64,000 bases of DNA from Dictyostelium discoideum (Eukaryota), in the NCBI GenBank assembly GCA_000004695.1, contig CM000151.3, positions 7,456,001 through 7,520,000 of the forward strand. The letters run 5' to 3'. Both the position numbers and the translations under genes were made by a program. Under the pieces are notes generated by a model, which made no database searches, had not been told where the DNA came from, and saw nothing but the letters and a program-made list of their open reading frames with translations. Every line of letters begins with the position of its first letter. Positions within the stretch are counted from its first letter, which is position 1. This document shows positions 1 through 12,612 of the stretch, one piece after another.

Positions 1-165
1 AAAAAAATGAAATGAGAAAAAAAAAAAAAAATAAAAAAGAAAAATTCTCTATTTTTTCAGAAATAATCAAAGGACCACCTTTTTTAAAAAATAAAAAAAA
101 AAAAATAAAAAAATAAAAATATTGAATTTAATATTCTTTTTTTTTTAAAAAAAAATTTTATTTAA

Positions 166-196
<31 letters not shown>

Positions 197-438
197 TTTC
201 AGTTAAATAGCGGTTGTTAAACTATAATAATGAAAATTAATCTCAAGAGATCACAAAAGAATACGTTTTCGTATTAATACAGGATCTTTGTGTTTTTTTT
301 ATTTTTTTTTTTTATTTTATTTTATTTTTTTTGAAATTAAAAAAAGGGAATAATTTAATTTAATTTATTTTTTATTTTTTTTAATTTTTAATTTTTAATT
401 TTTTTTTTTAATTTTTTTTTTTAAAGAATTATAAGAAC

Positions 439-439
<1 letters not shown>

Positions 440-497
<58 letters not shown>
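440..497. repeat. (AAT)n microsatellite in AT-rich intergenic DNA
   Basis: Direct reading: uninterrupted aat repeats. Confidence 0.9.
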
Positions 498-499
<2 letters not shown>

Positions 500-560
500 T
501 ATAGGTTTTTATATGTTTAATTTATAAATAAAATTTTGTTTTTATTTTTTTTATTTATTA

Positions 561-591
<31 letters not shown>

Positions 592-780
592 AAAAGAAAA
601 AATTATTTATTTAATTTACTGGAGATACACAATAGAGTAAAAATAAAAATAAAAAAAAAGAAGTTTGAAAGTTTTTGGGTATGTATTCTATGATTAACTT
701 TCTTTTAAAAATTAGTTAATTAATTTATTTTAAACAAGGAATAATTTTATTTTTTTTGTTTGGTTTGAATTTTCCATTTA

Positions 781-798
781 TTATTGTTATTATTATTA

Positions 799-869
<71 letters not shown>

Positions 870-870
870 T
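781..870. repeat. (TTA)n microsatellite, followed at 893..960 by a tandem aataacaataaaat-type repeat
   Basis: Direct reading. The ORF-track ORFs at 879..1234 (-) are translations of these repeats. Confidence 0.9.
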
Positions 871-1249
871 TTATTTGTTTATATGTTGTTTAATAATTCC
901 AATAATAAAATAACAATAAAATAACAATAAAATAACAATAAAATAATAATAAAAATAATAAAATTATAAAAATGTAAACCCCAATAACAAATGAGTAGCA
1001 AAAGTAAAAGAGAGAAAAAGAGATATCTTGGTGTTTTTTTTTTTTTTAAAATAAAAAAAAAATAATAGGTTTCAACAAAACAAATATACACCACACCACC
1101 ACAAAACCTCTCACTAACATATTCAAATTATAATTTACCTCACAAAAAATAATAATAATAATAAAAAAAAAAAAAAATAAAATAAAATAAAATAAAATAA
1201 TAATAATAAAAAAAAATAATAATAGTAATAACAATACAAAAACAACAAT

Positions 1250-1287
<38 letters not shown>

Positions 1288-1882
1288 AACAAATAAACAG
1301 TGTAGTGAAACTTTAGTTTTTTTTTTATTTTTTTAATTATATTATTATTATTATTTTTTCTTTATTTAAATTATTCTTATTTTTTATTTATTTATTTATT
1401 TATTTTAAAAAAACAAACAAGATTACTTTAATCAATATCAATTATTTTTTTCATTATTTTAATTATTTTTCTCATTTTTATCATTTTTTAAGCATGGTAA
1501 AAAAACAAAAAAAAAAAATAAAAAATAAAAAAAAAATAAAAAATTAAAAAAAAAAAATTTTAAAAATTTTAAAATTTTTTTTTTTTGAGGTGTAACCACT
1601 CTCACAAAAAAAAAAAAACCTCACATAAAAAAGCAATTTAGTTGTGTAAATAAATAGATATTAATTATAATTTTTAACATATAATATTATTGTACATAGG
1701 AAATTTATAAATATATATAATAATAAAATAATAATTATTTTTTAGGTATATAAATAATAAACGATAAAATATTTTATATTATAAACCAATACATAATAAT
1801 CATACATATAATTATATATATATATTTAAACCATATAATAGAATAAAATATAAAACAACAAAAACAACAAAAACAACAGTAG

Positions 1883-1919
<37 letters not shown>

Positions 1920-1974
1920 ACAGAAAAAAAAAAAAAAAAAGTTAAATAAAATATATATTTTTATATATTTATAT

Positions 1975-2665
1975 ATGATGGATCCATCCACTATATCACC
2001 ACCATTGTCACCATCTCCATGTTTTCTATTAGGTTCACCAGCACCACCGTTTTCAACAACTATGCCCCAACCACCAACATTATTTTTATCGAACCCAAAT
2101 AATAGTAGTAGTAATAGTACATCATCATCGTCATCATCTTGTCCAACAAATAATAATCATTTAAACCGTGGTCAAAATAACCAATCGAATCATCATTATC
2201 ATCACACAACAGAGTCAAATAATCAACTTTCTTTATCTTTATCCTCTTCGACTATACAAACACAAGAACTACCAAATCAAAATTTAGTAATACCACTTAA
2301 TTCTTCTTTATCAACAGTACCAGTACCACCACATAATAATAATAATAACAATAATAATAATATTAGCAATAATATTAATAACAATAACAATAACAATAAT
2401 AATAATAATAATAATAATAACAATAATAATAATAATAATAATAGTAGCATAAACAATAATATTAATAACAATAATGATAATAATAATAATAATAATAGCT
2501 TAAATAATGACGATACTGATACTAATAAAAGCAATAATGAAAACATTAAAGTCCATCATGACACCATTAATAGTAGTGGTTTAGTGCTCGATACCAATAT
2601 TATCAATAGTGAAAAAATGGATATAGAGATTAAAATTAATAGTAACGATATAAACGGAAATAATG

Positions 2666-2700
<35 letters not shown>

Positions 2701-2704
2701 GATG

Positions 2705-2735
<31 letters not shown>

Positions 2736-4563
2736 TAATAATAATAGTAATAGTAATAATAATAATAACAATAATAATGATAGTAATAATAAAAATGATA
2801 CATCAAATGATGATATTAATACCATTGAGTCCGATATTAATAGTGGTAGTAATAACAGTAGTGAAAACAATAATAGTAAAAATAGTAATAGTTTAAATTT
2901 TCCACAATCATTTTTAAGTGATCCAAATTCACCTTTATTCGAAAATGAAAAACAATCTTCCTCTATCTCACAACCATTAGAAAAAAGTAATATTAATAAT
3001 AACAACAATAATGATAATAATAACAATGACAATAGTGATGATAGAAATAATATTAATTGTAATAACAATATTTTAGAAAATGAAAATAAAAATGAAAATG
3101 AAAATGAAAATAAAAATAATAATTCAACTACCACTAATAGTAACACTACAATTTTTGATCAAACAAATATTAATAGTATTATTCCAAACACAACAACTAC
3201 AACAACTACAACAACCACTACCTCGACGAACTCATCAACTACAACACCAACAGCAACAACAACAACAACCACCACAACAACAAATTTACAATCAAATTAT
3301 AATTTTAATTTTAATCCATTAAAGAGAAGTTTAGATATTGAAGCACAATTAGATAGAGAACATATGGAATTAAAGAGAAGACAAAAAGCTCAATTAAAAA
3401 CACACACATTAGAATATCAATTAAGACAAAGAGAAATGTCAAGACCAAAACCTGGTACAGCATCTCTTCAATCGAGAAAGTTTTATTTAAATATCGCACC
3501 TGACAAGACTGTGTATAACATTGACGTACCAAATTGTATCATTAAAAAGTTCACATCCGATGGTGAAAAGTTGTTATGTTTTTCAAGAGATTTCAAAGAG
3601 ATTCAATTGTATCGTTTCATTGGTTCAAACTTTAACATACCAAAAGGTGCTACAAAAGAATCTAAAGAGAAAATTGAAAAAAACTTTAATACTTACTTTC
3701 GTTTACTCTATCAATCTCATGTTCCAAATTTTAATGAATATTTATGTCGTGATTTCTCTTTAACAACTTTATGTGGTAATTATGTAAGTGTTTTTTTTTT
3801 TTTTTTTTTTTTATATTTTAAAATTAAATTTATTTTATCATTTCATTAACAATTATATAAAAATATATAATAGTTTATATTAGCATCAAGTGGTCAATCA
3901 TCAACATTAGGCAATCAAGCACAAAATAATCAAATAAATAATATATTAGAACATCAAGATATTAATAGAAATAGAAATGTCGTACAATCATTGAATTTAC
4001 CAAATTGCGAAGATATCACATTTTATTTAGTGAGTATTAATGATGGTGTAGTTAGAGATAAGATCACATTTAAAAGGGATGTGATTCATTTGGCTCATCA
4101 TTCTGGCGTATATTTGTATAAGGATTTATTCATTGTATTGTCACTACAATATCAAGCAATTCATATATTCCAAATAAAGGATACCAACTTTGTAAATTTA
4201 AAAACCATTGGTCCACATTGTAACGAGGATGATCAAGCAGAGATTGATGACCTTGCAAAGAAAGAAATACCTCATTTAAAAGCTGCTCACGAGAAAAAGC
4301 TTTTACATGATAGTTATTCAACAATCACCCCAATGAATCCTTTATTTGCTCAATTCTATATAAATAAAACTTTGAATGCTCAATCGAATAATGGAAAAGA
4401 TTTAAATCCAAAAATTTCAAATTCACTTAATAAAACCATAATAAATAATAATATTAATATTAATAATAATAATAATAATAACAATAATAATATAAATAAT
4501 AGTAATAACAATAATATACACCACAATCATCATCATCACCACCATCATCACCATCACCACAAC

Positions 4564-4642
<79 letters not shown>

Positions 4643-4786
4643 CACCACAACATGGTTTAAATAATATTTTAACAGCATCATTAAATTTATCATCTTCGAA
4701 TGTATTGAATTCATCTACTGCCACTGCACGTAATATACCTTTATCAACTACCACAACAAATATCCCTCCAACCGATCACCCAATTC

Positions 4787-4845
<59 letters not shown>

Positions 4846-5045
4846 CCACAACCACAACAATTACAATTACCACAACATCAGCATCAACAACAACAACAAC
4901 AACCACATCAACAACCACATCAACATCAACAACAACAACATCAACAACCACATCAACAACCACATCATCAACAACAACACCACCAAAACAATCATCAACA
5001 ACATCAACAACATCAACAACACCAACATCATCAACAACAACAACT

Positions 5046-5081
<36 letters not shown>

Positions 5082-5110
5082 CCACCAACATCAACAACAT
5101 CATCATCATC

Positions 5111-5189
<79 letters not shown>

Positions 5190-5191
5190 CC

Positions 5192-5222
<31 letters not shown>

Positions 5223-6453
5223 CCAACACCAACAACAACACCAACACCAACAACACCAACACCAACAACACCAACACCAACACCAACAACACCAACACCA
5301 ACACCAACACCAACACCAACACCAACACCAACACCAACACCAACACCAACACCAACACCAACACCAACACCAACACCAACACCAACATCAACATCAACAA
5401 CATCAACAACATCAACAACATCAACAACAACATCACCATCAACAAAATCAACACCACCATCAACAAAATCAACATCAACAAAATACGATGAATTATCAAC
5501 AAATGTTTGGACAAACATTTTCAGAAATTAATAATTCAAATGAGAATAGATATATTAGTGGTATTAAACAAAGATTCCTTAGTTATTTATTTAAGAAAGC
5601 ATTAACAAGTGAAAATAAGAAAAAGGCATTGAGTATGTATTATTCTTTGTACCCACAATATTGTAGCTTGGTAATGTGGAAGATGCAATCATTGGATGCA
5701 TCACATTTGTTAATTAAATTGGGTTCAATCGATGGTCTATTGGGTAGAGTTACAGACTATTGTAATCAGATTTGCTTTTTCGTTGTTTACAATGTCTACA
5801 CCACCGAAGTGATTGGAGTCTATGAAAATTCAAATAAAGAATTTGCCAAAACCTTTGAACAATTTTGTGAACATTTCCGCGCTTGTAGTTGTCCCTCTGG
5901 TTTAATTAAATTTAGAAGCACCTGTTCCAATAATAGTTTTGTACGTGAACATTTGATCAAACAGAAATTGGCCGTTGTAAATGCACGTTATGGTGGTGAA
6001 ACTCAAGCAGTCAAAAGAATCCTATCAGCCTTACCTTTCTCTCCACAATCTTGGAATGAATCACCATACTTTGATAAATATTTGTTTAGTTACGATGAAA
6101 AGATCATCTCCTCCACCGAAAGACCTAAACCATTGGTTGACTATCCAATCAAATTTTATTCTCGTGTCAGTGGTGAAGTTAAATTCAAACTTAACACTGG
6201 TGGTGCTCAAGAGAAAATTGAAAGACAAAACAAAAAATACGCAACCTATATCTTTCATCCTTATTATCCTTTCATCATATCACTTTTACATAGTCCAAGT
6301 ACAGGTTCAGCTGCTGTCAATTTTCATTTCATAAATGATGACGATGAAAATAATGATGGTTATAATACTGATCAAGATGATGAACATGATATTATAATAT
6401 TGGATAATAATAACAATAATAACAACAACAATAATAATAATACAGTATCATAA
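1975..6453 (+). CDS. DET1: DET1 (de-etiolated 1) homolog, 2 exons: 1975..3783 and 3874..6453, about 1460 aa with very long poly-N, poly-Q, His-run and (QH)n insertions
   Basis: ATG at 1975. GTAAGT donor at 3784-3789 directly after codon TAT. The 90-nt AT-rich intron ends TAG at 3871-3873. Exon 2 is in phase (frame 1 both sides), and the in-frame TAA at 3847 is removed by splicing. The spliced protein matches human DET1 blocks as I recall them: CSLFTDDCRCVIVGSA ~ FSLTTLCGNY|FILASS spanning the junction; [30 protein letters not shown] ~ [49 protein letters not shown] ~ LVMWKMQSLDASHLLIKLGS; FFVVYNMVTTEVIAVFEN ~ [42 protein letters not shown] ~ NARYGGETQAVKRILSALPFSPQS; HPIRFYARDSGLLKFEI ~ YPIKFYSRVSGEVKFKL. 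Confidence 0.85.
5215..5395 (+). repeat. (CAACAC)n hexanucleotide microsatellite encoding about 30 QH dipeptides inside the DET1 homolog; flanked by (CAA)n and (AAT)n coding runs at 4560..4630 and 4790..4860
   Basis: Direct reading of near-perfect caacac units. Confidence 0.9.
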
Positions 6454-6953
6454 ACTTTTAAAAACTCAGAATTATCTATTTTTTTTTTTTTTTTTTTCAT
6501 ATGAAAAAAATTTAAAACAAAAAAAAAAAAATAAAATTATTTATTATGCACTATAGGCAAATGCCTATATTTTTATGTATGTTTTGTAAATTAAAAAAAC
6601 TTTTCATTTTTTTTTGATCACCATGACTCATTATTATCATTTTATAGAATATTCTTTTTACTATTTTTTTTTTATTCCAATCAGAATTTCTTTTTTTATA
6701 ATTATTTTATTTTTAATTTTTTTTTTTTTTTTTTATAAACGTCCAAAATGTCCCATCTTGTGAATCTCGTCTAAATTTTATAATTAAAGTATGCAAAATG
6801 ATTTTTTTTTTTTTTTTTTTAATTTTTTATTTTAATTGTGTCGTTTAATTTTTTAATTTTTTTATTTATTTTATTTTTTATTTTATTTTATTTTTTTTTT
6901 TTTTTTTTTCTTAAACGCAATAGTAATAATAAAAAATAAATAAAAAAAAAAAA

Positions 6954-8117
6954 ATGATATCAGATATTTCTAAAAATAAAAAATGGACAGTAATTGGTGG
7001 TGGTGCTTGTGGTATTGCAGTGATTGGTAAATTATTAGATAATGGTATAAATGTTAATGATTTATTATGGATTGATCCAGAGTTTAATGTTGGTGATATT
7101 GGTAAAAAATGGCGTACAGTTTCAAGTAATACAACAGTAGCATTATTTACAAAGTTTTTAAATGCTTGTAAATCATTTGATTATGAAAATTGTCAAATCG
7201 ATTTTAATTTAAATCATTTAATACCAGCTGATACTTGCAAATTATCAGAGATAGCTGATCCATTACAATGGGTAACTAATACATTAATTCAAGATAAAAA
7301 AGTACCAATTATTAAAGGTTTAGTAAATCAAGTTTCTAAAATAAATGAAAATAATAATAATTGGTCAGTTTCAATTAAATCATCAAATAATGATGATGAT
7401 GATGATGATAATAAAATAATTAATATTATTAGTGAAAATGTAGTATTAACAATTGGTGCTGAACCATTAACAATTTTAAATGAAAGTAAACAACAACAAC
7501 AACAACAACAACAAAAAGAATTAATTACAGTTGAACAAGTTGTAAATCCAGAAGAATTAAAAAAAGTTTGTAAAAAGGATGATGTTGTTGCAGTTTATGG
7601 TAGTTCTCATACTGCAATCATTGCATTGTATAATATTGTTGATATTGGGTCAAAGATTATCAATTTCTATAGATCACCATTAAAGTATGCAGAATATTAT
7701 GATGATTGGATTTTGTATGATAATACTGGTTTAAAAGGTTATTCTGCTGAATGGGCAAAAGAACATTTGGAAAAGAATCCTACAAATTTAATTGAAAGAA
7801 TTCAAGTTGATAATAAAGAATTGCTTGAAAATAAATTATCAAATTGTACAAAAGTAGTCTATGCAATTGGTTTTGAAAGAAGAGGTTCAGTTAATATTAA
7901 ATTAAATGAAAATCAAGATTGGATAAACTCTTCAAATTTAAAATACAATGAATCAAATGGTATAATATCAAATCATGGTTTATTTGGTATTGGTATTGCT
8001 TTTCCTCAATTTAAACCTGATCGTGTTGGTAATTTAGAATATAATGTTGGTTTATGGAAATTTATGGTTTATTTAGATCAAGTTTTACCACTTTGGTTAA
8101 ATAAAAATAAAAATTAA
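6954..8117 (+). CDS. FAD/NAD(P)-binding oxidoreductase, 387 aa, single exon; two-dinucleotide-binding-domain flavoprotein of bacterial type, possibly N-hydroxylating monooxygenase or pyridine-nucleotide-disulfide-oxidoreductase-like
   Basis: N-terminal Rossmann motif WTVIGGGACGIAVIGKLL and a second dinucleotide-binding motif VAVYGSSHTAIIALYN. Continuous ORF with a poly-N insert. The specific enzyme family was not determined. Confidence 0.7.
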   Translation: MISDISKNKKWTVIGGGACGIAVIGKLLDNGINVNDLLWIDPEFNVGDIGKKWRTVSSNTTVALFTKFLNACKSFDYENCQIDFNLNHLIPADTCKLSEIADPLQWVTNTLIQDKKVPIIKGLVNQVSKINENNNNWSVSIKSSNNDDDDDDNKIINIISENVVLTIGAEPLTILNESKQQQQQQQQKELITVEQVVNPEELKKVCKKDDVVAVYGSSHTAIIALYNIVDIGSKIINFYRSPLKYAEYYDDWILYDNTGLKGYSAEWAKEHLEKNPTNLIERIQVDNKELLENKLSNCTKVVYAIGFERRGSVNIKLNENQDWINSSNLKYNESNGIISNHGLFGIGIAFPQFKPDRVGNLEYNVGLWKFMVYLDQVLPLWLNKNKN

Positions 8118-8377
8118 AAATAAAAATTTAATAATAACAATAAAAATAAAATAAAATCTTAAATCATAATAAAATAAAAAAAGAAAAAGAAACTAAAAAG
8201 AATAATTGTATTTTATTAGTAATTTATTTAAATTAACATCAATGTTTTTTTTTTAAATTTCAATTAGTTTGGCTTATGAAAATAAAAATTTGGTTTGTGG
8301 AAATCAAAAAAAAAAAAAAACAAAAAAAAAAGAAAAAAGCGAGTAATAGAGACCAAAAACCTATTATTTTAAAAAAA

Positions 8378-8443
8378 AATATCTTGATTATTAAGGTCGG
8401 AAATTTGTAAAATATCTTGATTATTAAGGTCGGAAATGTGAAG
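8378..8443. promoter_or_regulatory. Tandem duplication of a 33-bp element (aatatcttgattattaaggtcggaaat[t/g]tg[t/a]a[a/g]) about 100-165 bp upstream of the ATG at 8543
   Basis: Two adjacent copies differing at 3 positions. GC-containing core aaggtcggaaat inside poly-A/T intergenic DNA. Confidence 0.5.
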
Positions 8444-8542
8444 TTTTTAATATTTTTTTTTTGAATTAAAATTTTTTTTTTTTAAAAAATTTTTCCCTTT
8501 ATATTTTGTTTTTGTTTTTTTTTTTTGTTTTATATTTCGAAA

Positions 8543-8649
8543 ATGAGAGTTCCAAATGAATACCTTGAAAAAATAGATTATTTTCATCATTATACATGTA
8601 AGTAAACTAAAATTAAAAAATAATGAAAAGTTTTATTAAAATTAATTAT

Positions 8650-8703
<54 letters not shown>

Positions 8704-9730
8704 ACTATTTTAGACGATAAAGATGGCCAAAATATAATTGATTTTGGGTTGGTTCCTAATTTAGCAGATGATTTATTTTATGATGGAAAATTATGTGTTG
8801 CTGATTCACCTAAAATCGTTTTCTTTACTTGTTTTAAATTAGGAGGAAATGATATTACTAAAACCTTCGATGAGGGCCAATCAGCTGTAATGCTAAAGTT
8901 TGATGTAGACCAAATTAATTATAAGGATTTTAATTTATATGGATTGGATGAGCAAGATATTAATGGTACAAGACATAAAAAAATTTTTATGGTTCATGTG
9001 GATCATAAAGAGGGTTTGAATTTTGCTAAAGTTAATAATTTTAAACCTCTTGATATTGAAAAAAACAATTATCTAAGATATGATCCAGAAGAAAAAAAAT
9101 GGTTTTCGTGGAGATACACAAAAGGAGGGTTAATTGTAGATATTGCATTTTGTAGCTATAAATTACCAATTCCAAGAAACAAATTATTTCCAATCAAAAA
9201 TATGGGCGGAAAACCAAGTAATATGAAATTTTTTTATTTACCAATATCAAAGCCATCCCCAATTACAGAAATAAATTATAATATAGCAGATAGTCAAAAT
9301 AAAGTTATAAATACATATGAATTTAAAATTGAATCTCTTGCTATTGGGTAAATATATTATAATATTTTGTATAGAGATTTATAGATTTAGTAAGTTACTA
9401 ATAAATATTTTTTATAACATTAGTACATGTTGTAGTTTACAAAAAAAAAGTTCATTAAATGGTTCTTCTCAAACAAACAATTCATCACCATTCCAAAAGA
9501 ATTTACTAAATACAATCATGAGATGTTCAAACGATAAAATTAAAATATTTAGTATGAGTATTAATGGAAATGATTTTCAAACTATAAAAAGTCTTTCCGA
9601 TGATGGGAAAATAACTATCATTGATGCAAACACAATTTCAATTTTAACAAATCTTGATGAACTTGTTACAATTTCAATTATTCATACTAAAAAGAGTCCT
9701 TTATCACCACTAGCTGATAGAAACTCTTAA
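8543..9730 (+). CDS. Hypothetical protein, 3 exons: 8543..8597, 8714..9347, 9424..9730
   Basis: Exon 1 MRVPNEYLEKIDYFHHYT ends with 1 nt before GTAAGT at 8598. The intron contains a 50-nt poly-T and ends TAG at 8711-8713; exon 2 supplies 2 nt (codon TAC). Exon 2 ends GG before GTAAAT at 8348. A 76-nt intron ends TAG at 9421-9423 and exon 3 supplies T (codon GGT). All phases are consistent, and the ORF-track ORFs 8623..9351 and 9317..9730 are joined. No recognisable family. Confidence 0.55.
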
Positions 9731-9993
9731 ATCACTGATAGAAATGATCCAAGAAGATTTAATTGATAGATTTCAATCAAGTAAAAATAAATAAATAAAA
9801 ATAAAAAAAATAAAAAATAATTAAAATTTATTTTTATTAATTTTATTTATGGTGTATATAATACTTTTTTTTTTTAAAAATTATTTTTTGTTTAATTTTA
9901 TATTACTGTTTATTATTAATATTTTAAAACAATCTCCAATTTTATTTTAATTTTTTTTATTTTATTTTTTTTTTTTTTTTTTTTTTTTTTATT

Positions 9994-10039
<46 letters not shown>

Positions 10040-10112
10040 TTTTAAAAAAAAACACCTCGTCAATGAATAATTAAATAATATAGGTAATAATTTTTTTGTA
10101 ATTTTAGCAATA

Positions 10113-12513
10113 ATGAGTAAAATGTTTGATTTTCTGCAAATAAATAAATCAAAACAATCACCAAAAACACACTCTCCACCAAAAGAAGATGAAAAACCAA
10201 CGACAGCACAACCAACTACCAATGTAAAACCAGTAGCAGCAAATTTATTTCAATCACTAAATGTAAAGACTAACAATAATAATAGTAATTCACCCATAAA
10301 AGTTGAAAAAGAAGTTTTAGTTGAGGATTCACAAACTACAACAAATGAAATCAACGAGAACGATCCAAATAGTGAGTTTTAATATATATATATATATATC
10401 TATATCTATATCTATATATTACAACAACAACAAACATACAACATAATTTTAAAAATACTAACCCAATTAAATATGTATGTGCATATGTGTATTTATAGAA
10501 AGAGTAATTAAAAAAGTTAAAATAAAATCATTCAAGCCAGGTCAACCATCAAATAATAATAACGATGAATTAAACACAAACGATAATAGTAATAATAATA
10601 ACACCACCTCAACAATTAACCCCGATTTATCTCAATTAGATACAAATAATATCTATGCTGACAATTATAAAAATGAGGATGATTATAATGATAACGAAGA
10701 AGATAATGATGATCAATTAAAAAACAATATTAACAAAGAACAGCCAACTAAAAAAGAAAATTTAACAGAAACTACATCATTGACAAACACAACTACAACT
10801 ACAACAACAACAACAACAACAAAAACAGCAATTGAAACTGATACAAATAAAAAAGATGAAATTAAAGAAGAGAATATTACAACTACTGAATTACAACCAA
10901 AAGACCCACCTTCAATTTTAGATTGTTTAATTGATGAGTTAAAAAATTCTCAATATAGATTTTATGAAAAATTAACAAATATTGAAAATGATTATAAACA
11001 ATCATTAGAAAATAGAAAGAAATCAAATCAATTACTTTTAAATGTAATATATATATATATATAAAAAAAGAGTTTAAAAATATTTTACTAATATAAATTA
11101 ATATATATTTATATAAAGAATATTAATTTATTAAAAGAATATGAAGAAAAAGAGAATCAATTAGTAGAGAATGAAGATTATGAAGGTGCATCAAAGGTAT
11201 CAGATGATATTAATTCAATTCAAAAAGATAATGAACAAATAATGAATGATTTAATTAAATTGATAAAGAATAATCAAGAACAAGATCAAATCTTTGAAGA
11301 ATTATTAATAACCTATCAAGAATCAACCGATGAAAATCAAATTAAATTATTAGATATTAAATCTAAAGAGGATGAAAACATAAATAAATATCAAGAACAA
11401 GTTAAAGAAACTATTAAATCCATAAAGGATGAAATTGAAATTAAACAGGAATCAATCGATAGGGAAACTAAATATTTGTTATTAGATAAAGAGATATTGG
11501 AAACTAATGAAACCTCTCTAACCAATACAATCAATGAATTGAATAAACCATTGATTCAAGAGAGAGAAGGACACATTCAAACTAAACAATCCCTACAAGA
11601 TGAAATTGATAAACTTTTATTAGAGATTCAATTGAAACGTGATCAACAATCTAAATGTGATCAACATATTAATGAAATCAATGAAAAGATCGACACTATC
11701 TCGTCAAGTAAATTCTCAAAGGAACAGTCTAGATTAGAACAAGAGAGATTAAATATAAAGAAAAGAGATGACCATATCATTCAACTCTCCACTGAACTAT
11801 TAGAATTAACAAATAAAGTTGACCAATTAAATAATCCATCCGATCATCCATCTTTTCAAATTATCTCTAGTGTAGATGAAACTATTAAAGATTGTAAATC
11901 ATTCCTATTGGAAACTACCTCAACTTTGGATAATATAAGTTTACAACAAAAACAAATACATAAACTCTACAAAGATATCTTACAATCAGCAGATTCTCAC
12001 AAAAGAATGCAATCAAAATTGACAACTCTTACTCAATCAATTCAAGAATTAACAATTGAAACTAATTCACATTCTTCCCAAAAGATTCAATTAAAGAAAT
12101 CCATTTCCGAGTTGGAAGATACAATACCACTTTTAGAACAATCTAAAAACATTGCCAAAGATTCTAAAAGATTCACTGAAGCAGCTTCATTATTATCAGA
12201 ATTAAAACAAAAACAACAACTCTTAATTGAAAAGAATAAACAATTACAAGAAATCTCTGATCAATTGGATTTAAACACTACAAAATTAGATTCCCTTCAA
12301 AAAGAACACACTCAATACAAAGAAATCACAGAAAAACAAAACTCCACAAACTATTTAAATCTTTTAGAAAATTTACAAAAAAGACAATTAGAATTACAAT
12401 CATTAATTGATGACGATAAAAACTGTTTAGATAAATTAAAACAATTTTATAAATTAGAATTTGATTCAAATTCATTTGAAATAAGTTTTATAAAATTAAA
12501 ATTAAATAAATAA
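10113..12513 (+). CDS. Long coiled-coil protein, 3 exons: 10113..10371, 10499..11043, 11119..12513
   Basis: GTGAGT donor at 10372 and acceptor tatttatAG at 10497-8 give phase 1+2 = codon AAA. GTAATA donor at 11044 and acceptor ataaAG at 11117-8 are both phase 0. This joins three ORF-track ORFs into one protein of about 735 aa. The N-terminus is low-complexity with a TTTTT... tract; the C-terminal 450 aa are heptad-rich (E/K/Q/L). Confidence 0.55.
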
Positions 12514-12612
12514 AATTATTATTTATATCAACAAATAAATTAATAATAGATATCACCATTTCCTTTTTTTTTTTTGTATTTATTAATAATTTTTTTTTTT
12601 TTTATAGAACAA

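Noticed and set aside
879-1234. ORF-track ORFs 879..1094 and 1046..1234 (minus strand)
   Set aside because: They are translations of (TTA)n, poly-A and tandem AT repeats. They show no codon structure and lie in the AT-rich region upstream of the DET1 homolog.
2277-5518. Antisense and alternate-frame ORFs over the DET1 repeats (2277..2546, 2556..3146, 2663..2896, 4423..4754, 4748..5518, 5044..5514)
   Set aside because: Poly-L, poly-I, poly-V and poly-Y products arise from reading (AAT)n and (CAA)n on the other strand or in another frame. The sense frame carries conserved DET1 domains.
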